Below are positions 28,545-36,918 of a stretch of DNA of 64,000 nt, in pieces. Origin of the DNA: Flavobacteriales bacterium (GTDB taxonomy: Bacteria > Bacteroidota > Bacteroidia > Flavobacteriales_F > PHOS-HE28); contig JBGAGX010000003.1 in NCBI GenBank assembly GCA_044226515.1, forward strand, positions 65,561 to 129,560. Direction: 5' to 3'. Each line of letters begins with the position of its first letter. The stretch's first letter is position 1. Made by a program: the position numbers and the translations under genes. The notes below the pieces were generated by a model. That model was not told where the DNA came from. It saw only the letters and a program-made list of their open reading frames with translations, and made no database searches.

Positions 28545-29085
28545 TTTCCGTCAGATCGGCGACGGACAATTAAGCATCAGGACCCTGTGATCGCCAAATT
28601 TTTCGACGTCAAGTTTTCAACGATCAGGCTCCGATGCCTCCCGCGCTCCGCGATCAGGCCGCTTCTCCGCCCGCGAGGCTAATGCGTTGCCGACCGGCCC
28701 GCGACGGACGGCAGTTCGGCAAATGGGTCCAATTTCTCGATGAACACTGGCTATTCGTCGATGAAACTTGACAACCGATGCGCGTTCAGCCTTGCTTTGT
28801 GTTCCTCTCGCTGGCTGACCGGGCTACTTGGACAGATGCCTGAAGCCATGAACATTGGGAGATCTTCGAACCGACTGCAACGGCAGGTGCGTTGGTTCCC
28901 ACCCCACCTTCAACGTGAACTGGTCGACCCGGAGCTGTGGTGCCTCATCCTCATCGCGCTGATCATCATCGTCTTCACGCATTGACGTGCACCTGTACCG
29001 GGAGGCCCTTGGTGCGGGGCGTTCCTCGTTCACGGCCGTTGTGGTAGAGCGCGTGCGGCAGTCCTAGCTCAGGTACCTTCGCGGC

Positions 29086-30360
29086 ATGGAGCATGTGCCC
29101 CTGGCCGAACGGATGCGCCCGAACGACCTGGACCAGGTCGTTGGCCAGGAGCACCTCGTAGGTCCCGACGGCATCCTGCGCAAGGCGCTCACCCGGGGCA
29201 TGCTGCCGAGCATCATCCTTTGGGGACCTCCCGGCGTGGGCAAGACCACCTTGGCCCGGTTGATCGCCGAGCGTCTCGGTCGCCCCTTCTTCACCCTCAG
29301 CGCCATCAGCAGCGGCGTCAAGGAGGTGCGGGAGGTGATCGAGCAGGCCGGTGGGAAAGGGCTTTTCGCGCGCAGCGCGGTGCTCTTCATCGACGAGATC
29401 CACCGGTTCAGCAAGGCCCAACAGGACAGCCTGCTCGGCGCAGTGGAGAAAGGGACCATCACCCTCATCGGGGCCACCACCGAGAACCCCAGCTTCGAAG
29501 TGATCGGCGCGCTCCTCTCCCGCTGCCAGGTTTACACCCTGAGCCCCTTGAGCGAGCACGACCTGCTGGCCTTGTTGCGCCGCGCCATGGAGGGGGACGA
29601 GGAGCTTGCCGGCCGCCGCATCGACCTGCTCGAAACGGCGGCCCTGATGCGCGCCAGCGGCGGCGATGCCAGGCGATTGCTGAACACGTTCGAGGTGTGC
29701 GTGAAGGCCGCTCCAGGCGATCCCGTCGTGATCACCGACGCGCTCGTGAAGGAGGTGGTGCAGACCCAGGCCGCCCGCTACGACAAGCAGGGCGAACAGC
29801 ACTACGACATCGTCAGCGCCTTCATCAAGAGCATCCGCGGCAGCGACCCCAACGCCGCGGTTTACTGGCTGGCGCGCATGGTGGAGGGCGGCGAGGATCC
29901 GCTCTTCATCGCCCGTCGGATGGTGATCCTTGCGAGCGAGGACATCGGCAACGCCGACCCGAATGCCCTGCTGATGGCCACCACCACCATGCAGGCCGTG
30001 CAGATGATCGGATGGCCCGAGGGCCGCATCATCCTGAGCCAATGCGCCATCTTCCTGGCCTGTGCGCCCAAGAGCAACGCCAGCTACATGGCCATCGGGG
30101 CCGCTCAGGCCAAGGTGCAGGAGACCGGCGACCTGCCTGTGCCCATACACCTGCGCAACGCGCCCACCAAGCTGATGAAGGAGCTCGGATACGGACGCCA
30201 CTACCAGTACAGCCACGAAGGCGAAGGCCACTTCATCGAACAGGAGTTCCTGCCGGAGGCCATCAGCGGCACAGCGTTCTACAAGCCCGGCGACAGCCAG
30301 CGCGAACAGGCGCACGCCGCCCTTCTCCAACGGCTCTGGAAGGAGCGTTACGGAAGCTGA
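29086..30360 (+). CDS. rarA: Replication-associated recombination protein A (AAA+ ATPase MgsA/RarA)
   Basis: Walker A GPPGVGKTT; sensor and arginine-finger regions; C-terminal MgsA domain. Confidence 0.9.
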   Translation: MEHVPLAERMRPNDLDQVVGQEHLVGPDGILRKALTRGMLPSIILWGPPGVGKTTLARLIAERLGRPFFTLSAISSGVKEVREVIEQAGGKGLFARSAVLFIDEIHRFSKAQQDSLLGAVEKGTITLIGATTENPSFEVIGALLSRCQVYTLSPLSEHDLLALLRRAMEGDEELAGRRIDLLETAALMRASGGDARRLLNTFEVCVKAAPGDPVVITDALVKEVVQTQAARYDKQGEQHYDIVSAFIKSIRGSDPNAAVYWLARMVEGGEDPLFIARRMVILASEDIGNADPNALLMATTTMQAVQMIGWPEGRIILSQCAIFLACAPKSNASYMAIGAAQAKVQETGDLPVPIHLRNAPTKLMKELGYGRHYQYSHEGEGHFIEQEFLPEAISGTAFYKPGDSQREQAHAALLQRLWKERYGS

Positions 30361-30364
30361 ACAC

Positions 30365-30811
30365 TCAGTTCGCTCGTTCCGCCTCGAGGAAGCTGCGGTG
30401 CATGTCGTAGATGATGCCCAAGCTCACCATGAGCCCCCCCATGGCCTGCTCCACCATCTGCCAGAGGATGTCCACCACGATGTGCAACATCTGGTGACCG
30501 GCGAACGACATCCCGAGGATGAAGACCAACAGGTACACGATGAAACCCACGACCGCGCCCAGCAGCATGCTCATGAGCGGGAACGCCCGTTTCAGGCTGA
30601 TCCATTCATGGATCACGCACTGGTGCACCGCCACGGTCAGGCCAAGTCCGATGAGCAGGTAGACCAGCCCGCTGAGCACGAAATAGAGCGCATGCGGAAT
30701 GCGCAATTCCTGAAGGTCCGTGAGGGCGAGGCCGTGCCACACGTACGACAGCCCGTACATCACGATGGCCGAAAGCAGCCAAGGCACCAGTATCCTGCGT
30801 CTCTTCCACAT
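30365..30811 (-). CDS. Hypothetical 4-TM membrane protein (149 aa)
   Basis: In-frame ATG at MWKRRRILVPWLLSAIVMYG. The upstream 83 codons of the track ORF lie antisense to the neighbouring lipoprotein gene start and look non-coding. Confidence 0.45.
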   Translation of the reverse strand: MWKRRRILVPWLLSAIVMYGLSYVWHGLALTDLQELRIPHALYFVLSGLVYLLIGLGLTVAVHQCVIHEWISLKRAFPLMSMLLGAVVGFIVYLLVFILGMSFAGHQMLHIVVDILWQMVEQAMGGLMVSLGIIYDMHRSFLEAERAN

Positions 30812-30869
30812 GGGTCTCCCGCCGGTCTTCCCGCCTACCCCGAACGATGTGGCTAATTTACCGCCCCAC

Positions 30870-32474
30870 ATGAAGAACGCAGCGATGAGGGGGCTGGTTG
30901 CCTCCTGCCTGGGCCTCCTCGCGCTCACCGCCTGCCGGCGCGACCCTGCCGGACCACGCTGGGATGTGGACCTGGTGGGTCCCTTGGTGCACACCACCTT
31001 CACCATCGGTGACATCGTGGCCGACTCCCTGTTGCAGGTGGACGCGGATGGCGACATCACCCTCGTCTACCGGAGCGAACTCTTCGCCTTGAAGCTTGAC
31101 ACCGTGCTGCAGGCCCCGGATACCAACTTCGCCTACCCCTTCGTGATGCCCGTTAGCGGCAACCTGCCCGCCGGTTTCACCTTCCCCACCACCAACGACA
31201 TCGCCCGTTTCGACCTGGATGACCTTGAGCTCAGGTTCCTGCGGATCCGTTCAGGTATGCTCAATGTGCGCATCCGCAATCAGGTGCCCGGCGTGGTGCT
31301 GGGCACCTACGCCTTGCCGGGGGCCATCGACCCCCAGGGCAATGCGCTGAGCCAGGATTGCGTGGTACCGGCCGCTTCCGGCTCCACCACCGCTGTATAC
31401 AGCACCTCCACCGACCTTTCCGGATACCGCTTCGACCTGCGCGGCCCGGGCTATGACGATGTGAACACCCTCGCCACCGAGCTGGGCTATCAATTGGACC
31501 CGAACGGGCCCGCGAACGTGCCGGTGGACCAGGGGGACAGCCTCACGGCCGTGGTGGGCTACAACGACATCGTGCCCGCCTACGCCCAGGGGTATTTCGG
31601 CAACAGGCTCATCGACATCGTCTCCACCGGTAGCGCCCTCGACCTTTTCAGGAACATCACCGCCGGAAGCCTCGATCTCGACGCGGTCTCCGCCGACCTG
31701 GTGGTGACCAACAGCATCGGGGTCGACGTGCAGGTGGAACTGGACCACTTGCGCGCCCTCAACAGCCGTACCGGAACCACGGTGGACCTGGTGCACCCGA
31801 TCGTTCAGGGCCCCATCAACCTGAACCGCGCCGTGGACCTGGGGAACGCACCGCAGGCCTCGGTGCTCACGCGCCACCTCGATCAGGACAACTCCAACAT
31901 CGATGCGCTGCTCGAGACCCTGCCCGACAGCATCCTTTATGCTGGGCACGTGCGGGTGAACCCGCTGGGGGACGTGAGCAACGGCAACGACTTCCTGTAC
32001 TACGAAAGCCGCCTGCAGGCCGAACTTGAACTGCGCGTTCCATTGCGCCTGATCGCCACCGGGCTCGTGCTGCAACAGGTCGCCACGCCCGACCTACCTG
32101 GTACCGCCGAGGGCCATGCCATCCAAGGCGGAACGCTGCACCTCTTCGCCACCAACGGATTCCCGTTCTCGGCCGGCTTCGTGCTGGAGGTGATCGACGT
32201 GAACGACCAGGTCACGGCCACCATACCAGTGAACGGTACGATCGCCAGCGGGGTGCTGGGTACGAACGGCCTGGTGAGCACCGCGGTCAGCTCGCGCATT
32301 GATGTGCCGGTGGCCGCGGCGGCCCTGGACCGGCTCTATGCCGGCGACCGCCTGCGCATCTCCACGGTGTTCAACACGGCCGATCAAACCCAGCACGTGC
32401 AATTGCTCGATCGCTACCGGTTGGAGCTGCAGCTCACCGTGGACCTGAACTATGTTGTGAACGGGGATGAGTGA
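30870..32474 (+). CDS. Hypothetical lipoprotein (534 aa)
   Basis: Start MKNAAMRGLVASCLGLLALTACRRD (lipobox); no recognised domain; 8-nt overlap with the downstream gene. Confidence 0.55.
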   Translation: MKNAAMRGLVASCLGLLALTACRRDPAGPRWDVDLVGPLVHTTFTIGDIVADSLLQVDADGDITLVYRSELFALKLDTVLQAPDTNFAYPFVMPVSGNLPAGFTFPTTNDIARFDLDDLELRFLRIRSGMLNVRIRNQVPGVVLGTYALPGAIDPQGNALSQDCVVPAASGSTTAVYSTSTDLSGYRFDLRGPGYDDVNTLATELGYQLDPNGPANVPVDQGDSLTAVVGYNDIVPAYAQGYFGNRLIDIVSTGSALDLFRNITAGSLDLDAVSADLVVTNSIGVDVQVELDHLRALNSRTGTTVDLVHPIVQGPINLNRAVDLGNAPQASVLTRHLDQDNSNIDALLETLPDSILYAGHVRVNPLGDVSNGNDFLYYESRLQAELELRVPLRLIATGLVLQQVATPDLPGTAEGHAIQGGTLHLFATNGFPFSAGFVLEVIDVNDQVTATIPVNGTIASGVLGTNGLVSTAVSSRIDVPVAAAALDRLYAGDRLRISTVFNTADQTQHVQLLDRYRLELQLTVDLNYVVNGDE

Positions 32475-33783
32475 CCAGCGGGCGCTCCTGGTGGGATCGG
32501 TATTCTCCCTCGCCTTGGGCATGCATGCCCAGGTGCGGGACACCACCGCGTTGCGACAACTGGTGCGGGAGACCGATGCCATCGGAGCCTTGCAGGGCCT
32601 TCACCCCTACGAGGAACCCGGTGCGATGGGCGTGCCCTTCGGACGCAGTACCACGGTGGTGCGCGTCGACGCGTCGGGCCAATACGACAGCAACGCCCTG
32701 CGGAACGACCTTGTTTCCGCGCTGTGGAAGGGTGGCGAGGTGAGCCGGGAGGTCCGCGAGGCGAGTCGGGATGAGCTGAAGGGCGACAACCGCGCCGGGT
32801 ACGACCTGCATTTCGCGCTCAGCGTCCGCTACGGCGAGAGCTTCCTGGGCAGCAAGCGTCTGCGACCGGTGATCGGGCTCGGCCACCGGGATGTGCTGGG
32901 CATGCGGTTCACGGACGCGGTGTACGACCTCACCTTCTTCGGCAATGCGGGCTACGAGGGCGATGCCGCCATCATCGCCCCCACCCGGGTGGAGGAACAG
33001 CGATACCAGCAGCTTTCCTTCGGGTTCGAGCGGATCGACCGCGCCGATCACCTGCACCTCGCCCTGGTCAACGGACAGTACCTGAACGCGGTGCGACTGG
33101 ACCGCGGCTACCTCTACACCGCCCCCGATGGTCGTTACATCGACGCCGATCTGCAGGGCAGTTGGCACACCAGCGACACCGCGGGGCAGGCGATGGGCCG
33201 CAGCAACGGGCTCGGCCTTGCGCTGAGCGGGGGCATCGAACTGCGTTCCGCCCGGTTCGCGTTCAAGCTTTCCGCGGAGGACGTGGGCTTCATCGTCTGG
33301 AACAGCGCATCCCAGCAGCTGCATCAGGACGGGGTGATCCACTATGACGGCCTTTACGTGGACGATATCATCGACCTGGACGGCACCATCCTCGGGGATG
33401 CCCAATTGCGGGATACTCTCGGGCTCAACACCACGGCAGGGAGCTTCACCCGGTTCCTGCCGGCCCGGTTCAGGGCCGGTGTGGCGCCTTTCCAACGGGG
33501 TGCGAAAGCGCGGCGCAGGCCCGACCTCCTCGTGCTCGAGCATGTCATGGTCCCTGGATACCTGCCGCATCTGGTGTACACGCGTTCGATCAACCTGTCA
33601 CGTGCGTGGTCGGGGCACGCCAGCCTGGGTTGGGGAGGCTTCGGCGGCGTGCGTGTTGGTGTCGGTGCGTGGTGCGAAGCGCCCTGGGGGCAGCTGCGGA
33701 TGGAGGTGCCCAACGTGATCGGCATGTTTTCCGGCGCGGCCAAGGGCCGGGCCATTCAGGTGGGCCTGGACATCGCCTTCTAG
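32467..33783 (+). CDS. Hypothetical outer-membrane beta-barrel-like protein (438 aa, C-terminal Phe)
   Basis: Signal peptide; beta-rich; ends ...QVGLDIAF (OMP-type terminal aromatic); translationally coupled to the upstream lipoprotein. Confidence 0.5.
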   Translation: MSDQRALLVGSVFSLALGMHAQVRDTTALRQLVRETDAIGALQGLHPYEEPGAMGVPFGRSTTVVRVDASGQYDSNALRNDLVSALWKGGEVSREVREASRDELKGDNRAGYDLHFALSVRYGESFLGSKRLRPVIGLGHRDVLGMRFTDAVYDLTFFGNAGYEGDAAIIAPTRVEEQRYQQLSFGFERIDRADHLHLALVNGQYLNAVRLDRGYLYTAPDGRYIDADLQGSWHTSDTAGQAMGRSNGLGLALSGGIELRSARFAFKLSAEDVGFIVWNSASQQLHQDGVIHYDGLYVDDIIDLDGTILGDAQLRDTLGLNTTAGSFTRFLPARFRAGVAPFQRGAKARRRPDLLVLEHVMVPGYLPHLVYTRSINLSRAWSGHASLGWGGFGGVRVGVGAWCEAPWGQLRMEVPNVIGMFSGAAKGRAIQVGLDIAF

Positions 33784-33788
33784 GCGGC

Positions 33789-34982
33789 TCAGCGATCGGC
33801 CAGGGCCTCGCTCTCGTAGATCAGCTGGCTGCAGGGCTGGCCGTTCTTGAAGTAGAACGTGCCGCCGTACTTGCGCACCACCTTCCGGTATTCGTTCTTC
33901 TGCGCATCGGTGGCCAGGGTGATGAGCGTGACGACCTGGCCGGGTTCCACAATGAGCTCCTCGTCGCGCACCACCTCCACCTTCGCCTCCACCTCCTCCG
34001 GACGCTGCTCCGAGCGCTCCACGGCGGCCGCCTTGCGCACCGGGCTCTCCTCCTCTTCCATGCGTGGCGCCACCGGTCGGCGTTCATCGGCACCGGTGTT
34101 CGCCTTCACACGTGATGTGCTCACGTGTACGGACGGCGGAGGCGGGGGCTTCGGCGCCTCGGCCTTCACCACGGGTGCGGGCCTGGGCTTGGGTGGTTCC
34201 GCCTTGGCCACAGGCGCCGGCTCTGGTGGCTTGGCCGACAGTTGCTCCTCGCGTGCCTTCCGCGCTTCCGCGGAGGCCTTCTCCTGTTCGGCCTTCTTGG
34301 CGGCTTGTGCGGCCTTCACCCGCTCGGCCTCGGCCTTTCGGGCGGCCTCCTCCGCTTCCCTTTGCTGTCGGGCGAGCGCCTTCTCGTCCTCGGCCGCCTT
34401 GCGCTTCGCCTCGGCCTCGGCCTTCAGCCTGGCCTTCTCCGCCTCGGCATTGCGCTTGGCGTCCTCCTCGGCCTTGGCCGTCTCCTCCTGCTGCTTCTGT
34501 TGCACCTGCTGCTGCGCCAGCTGCAACTGCGATTGGATGGATTTCGTGTAGTCGGTATCGTAATCGAAGTCGCCCACCGCGGGATCGAAGCGGATCATGC
34601 CCACCGGCTGGTTGAAGACCACCGTGTTCACATCGTCGTACTGCTTGAAGAGGGAAACGGCGAACTCGAACGGGGTGAAGCCGTTGCTGACGGCATCGGC
34701 CGGTGCGTGCGTGTCGAAGCTGAGTTTCTTGGTGACGAAGCCCTCCTTCTCGAAACTGAGCACATAGCTCTGGTTGAGGTCGAGCTCCAGGGAGAACTTG
34801 CTCAGGTTGTTGGTGACCACGCGGTCCTTGGTGCCGTTGCGGTACACCACCACCCGCGTGCCATCAAGGCCGCCGCCTTCGATCTTGGCCCGGCCGTTGA
34901 TCGTGAAGGTGCCCTGGGCAAAGGCCGGCGCCGCCATCGTGAGGACCACGATGGCGGCGCTGAAGAGTCGTCGGAGCTGCAT
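33789..34982 (-). CDS. Secreted protein: carboxypeptidase-regulatory-like N-domain + Lys/Ala/Glu-rich coiled coil + proline-rich linker + conserved C-terminal FYFxNGQ domain (short paralog of 51840..55688)
   Basis: Signal peptide MQLRRLFSAAIVVLTMAAPAFAQ. The C-terminal YRKVVRKYGGTFYFKNGQ aligns with YSKVIAKWGTFYFRNGQ of the large paralog. Confidence 0.65.
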   Translation of the reverse strand: MQLRRLFSAAIVVLTMAAPAFAQGTFTINGRAKIEGGGLDGTRVVVYRNGTKDRVVTNNLSKFSLELDLNQSYVLSFEKEGFVTKKLSFDTHAPADAVSNGFTPFEFAVSLFKQYDDVNTVVFNQPVGMIRFDPAVGDFDYDTDYTKSIQSQLQLAQQQVQQKQQEETAKAEEDAKRNAEAEKARLKAEAEAKRKAAEDEKALARQQREAEEAARKAEAERVKAAQAAKKAEQEKASAEARKAREEQLSAKPPEPAPVAKAEPPKPRPAPVVKAEAPKPPPPPSVHVSTSRVKANTGADERRPVAPRMEEEESPVRKAAAVERSEQRPEEVEAKVEVVRDEELIVEPGQVVTLITLATDAQKNEYRKVVRKYGGTFYFKNGQPCSQLIYESEALADR

Positions 34983-35331
34983 GGGCGTCACGGCATGATG
35001 GTCGGCACGGCTGCGGCCTTCACGGCCATGGCCGCAATGATCGCGGCGATCAGCACGCTCGCCATCAGCAGGGTCCGCTTGGCAACGGTGTTGGTGGTAT
35101 CCATGGTGGAACTCGTTGACCGTTCCTACGCAACGGGGCGTCGATGGGTTTCATCCAAGGCCGTTCACCTGCCACCGGTGCGAACGCCTTGAACAGCCCG
35201 GCCTTCGAGCAGGCCGCGGTCCGTGACACCGCGCGGCCCGCCGCACAGCCCGTCGATGAGACGATCGATGCGGCCGACCTGCAACCAAGTGGGCCCGGTC
35301 GCGTATGAACCCGCACACCCGCACCACCACC

Positions 35332-35871
35332 ATGCGCAACCTGCGAACATTCCTGCTCTCCGCGCTGCTCCTGCCCTTCGCCACGGACGCCCAGGACCTG
35401 GCCGCCGTGAACAAGCCCGATGATGAGCTGGAGAAGCTCTTCCACGAGGGTGAGAAGGCCTACAACAGCGGCAGCTATGCCAAGGCCATCGGCTTCTTCG
35501 ACCAAGTGATCCAGCGCGATCCGGGCCACCTCAACGCACACCTTCAGCGTGGCTTCTGCCACAGTCTCCAGTTCAACTACGAGCTCGCCGTGGCCGATTT
35601 CACCGCCGTGATCGAACAGAAGGGCGACCACCTGTGGGCCTACACCAGCCGTGGAAGCGCCTACAACAAGCTGGGCAGGTACGAACTGGCCATGCGCGAT
35701 TTCGACACGGTGCTCACCCTGGACCCCAAGAACCAGGAAGCCTACAACAACCGGGGCTGGGCCAGGAAGGGCCTCGGTGATATGGACGGCGCCTGTCAGG
35801 ACTGGAAGGCGAGCAAGAAGATGGGGAACGGGGAGGCCAAGATCATCCTCGGCAATAACCGCTGTAAATGA
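35332..35871 (+). CDS. Secreted TPR-repeat protein (~180 aa)
   Basis: Signal peptide MRNLRTFLLSALLLPFATDAQ; 3-4 TPR units. Confidence 0.65.
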   Translation: MRNLRTFLLSALLLPFATDAQDLAAVNKPDDELEKLFHEGEKAYNSGSYAKAIGFFDQVIQRDPGHLNAHLQRGFCHSLQFNYELAVADFTAVIEQKGDHLWAYTSRGSAYNKLGRYELAMRDFDTVLTLDPKNQEAYNNRGWARKGLGDMDGACQDWKASKKMGNGEAKIILGNNRCK

Positions 35872-36278
35872 CCATGATCCGAACGAGCATCCTTGCGATG
35901 GCCTTGTGCGCCACCCTGGTGGCCGGTGCGCAGGACCGCAACTACGACGAATGCGTCGTGAAGGCCTCCAGCGATTGGGGCAAGCCCTGTGAGAAGTGCG
36001 AGAGCTACCGCGACGGCTACAAGCGTGATCACAGCGGCACCTACCAGGTGACCCTCCGGAACACCTGCAGCGAGACCGTGGAACTGAAGGTGGCGGTGCA
36101 GGAGATGAACGGGGTATGGCGCACCTTCCCGGTGAAGGCGCTTGCCGCCAACGAGAGCATGACCGCCTTCGCCTGCCAGGGCACCGGCAAGTACCTGTAC
36201 TGGGTGCGCCGGCTGAACGACACCGAACTGCTGCTGCCCAGCGACCAGGAGATCATCACCGAGTACCGAGGGCGCTGA
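35868..36278 (+). CDS. Hypothetical small secreted Cys-containing protein (136 aa)
   Basis: ATGA start/stop overlap with the upstream TPR gene; signal peptide; 8 Cys. Confidence 0.5.
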   Translation: MTMIRTSILAMALCATLVAGAQDRNYDECVVKASSDWGKPCEKCESYRDGYKRDHSGTYQVTLRNTCSETVELKVAVQEMNGVWRTFPVKALAANESMTAFACQGTGKYLYWVRRLNDTELLLPSDQEIITEYRGR

Positions 36279-36294
36279 GCCCCCGCATCCAACC

Positions 36295-36327
36295 GAACGA
36301 GAGGCCGGCTTGTCCGGCCTTCGTTCA
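36295..36327 (+). terminator. Stem-loop after the small secreted protein gene (GAACGAGAGGCCGG-cttgt-CCGGCCTTCGTTC), weak U-tract
   Basis: 13-14 bp GC-rich stem 17 nt after the stop; no strong T run. Confidence 0.35.
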
Positions 36328-36418
36328 TTAACCGGGTGCTGTGGACAGCCGGGGTCGACAGGGATGAAGCCCGCATCGGCGCGGGACTAGCTTCGGACCG
36401 AGCTACGAACCCACGGCC

Positions 36419-36805
36419 ATGAAGCATCTGCATATCGACCGCACCGAGACCTCGCCCGAGATCGACATGGACCTGGAGCATGGCGTGATCGAGTTCATCG
36501 GGCGCAGCCTGCCCGCCAACAGCGAGGAATTCTACGGCCGGGTGTACCGGTGGCTGGACGAGTACGTGCGCCGCCCGCAACCCGAGACCACGGTGAACAT
36601 GCGCATGGACTACCTCGACACCAGCTCAAGCAAGCACTTCTTCAACATCTTCGACAAGCTCAACGCCGTGAGCGAGCGCGGCCAGAAGGTTTGCGTGCGG
36701 TGGCACTACGAGACAGGCGACGAGGAGATGGCCGAGGCCGGAAAGGATTATCAGAGCTTCTTCGCCATCGATTTCGATTTCGTGGAGGTGAAGGAGCTGT
36801 TCTGA
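36419..36805 (+). CDS. DUF1987-family protein (SiaC-like)
   Basis: 128 aa; N-terminal MKHLHIDRTETSPEIDMDLEHGVIEFIGRSLPANSEEFYGRVYRWLDEY matches the DUF1987/SiaC pattern. Confidence 0.55.
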   Translation: MKHLHIDRTETSPEIDMDLEHGVIEFIGRSLPANSEEFYGRVYRWLDEYVRRPQPETTVNMRMDYLDTSSSKHFFNIFDKLNAVSERGQKVCVRWHYETGDEEMAEAGKDYQSFFAIDFDFVEVKELF

Positions 36806-36825
36806 GCGCCTCGACCACCAGCGGA

Positions 36826-36853
36826 AGGCCCCGGCGATACCGGGGCTTTTTCT
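36826..36853 (+). terminator. Intrinsic terminator after the DUF1987 gene
   Basis: GGCCCCGG-cgata-CCGGGGC followed by TTTTTCTTG. Confidence 0.6.
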
Positions 36854-36918
36854 TGCGGTCCTGCACGGAACGCGGAACGCGGCCCAAGGGACCGCGCTCC
36901 GTGTGTTCCAGCACCGGA

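Noticed and set aside
28740-28985. 81-aa ORF in the recA-rarA intergenic region
   Set aside because: No signal, no homolog-like features, odd composition; the region is more plausibly regulatory
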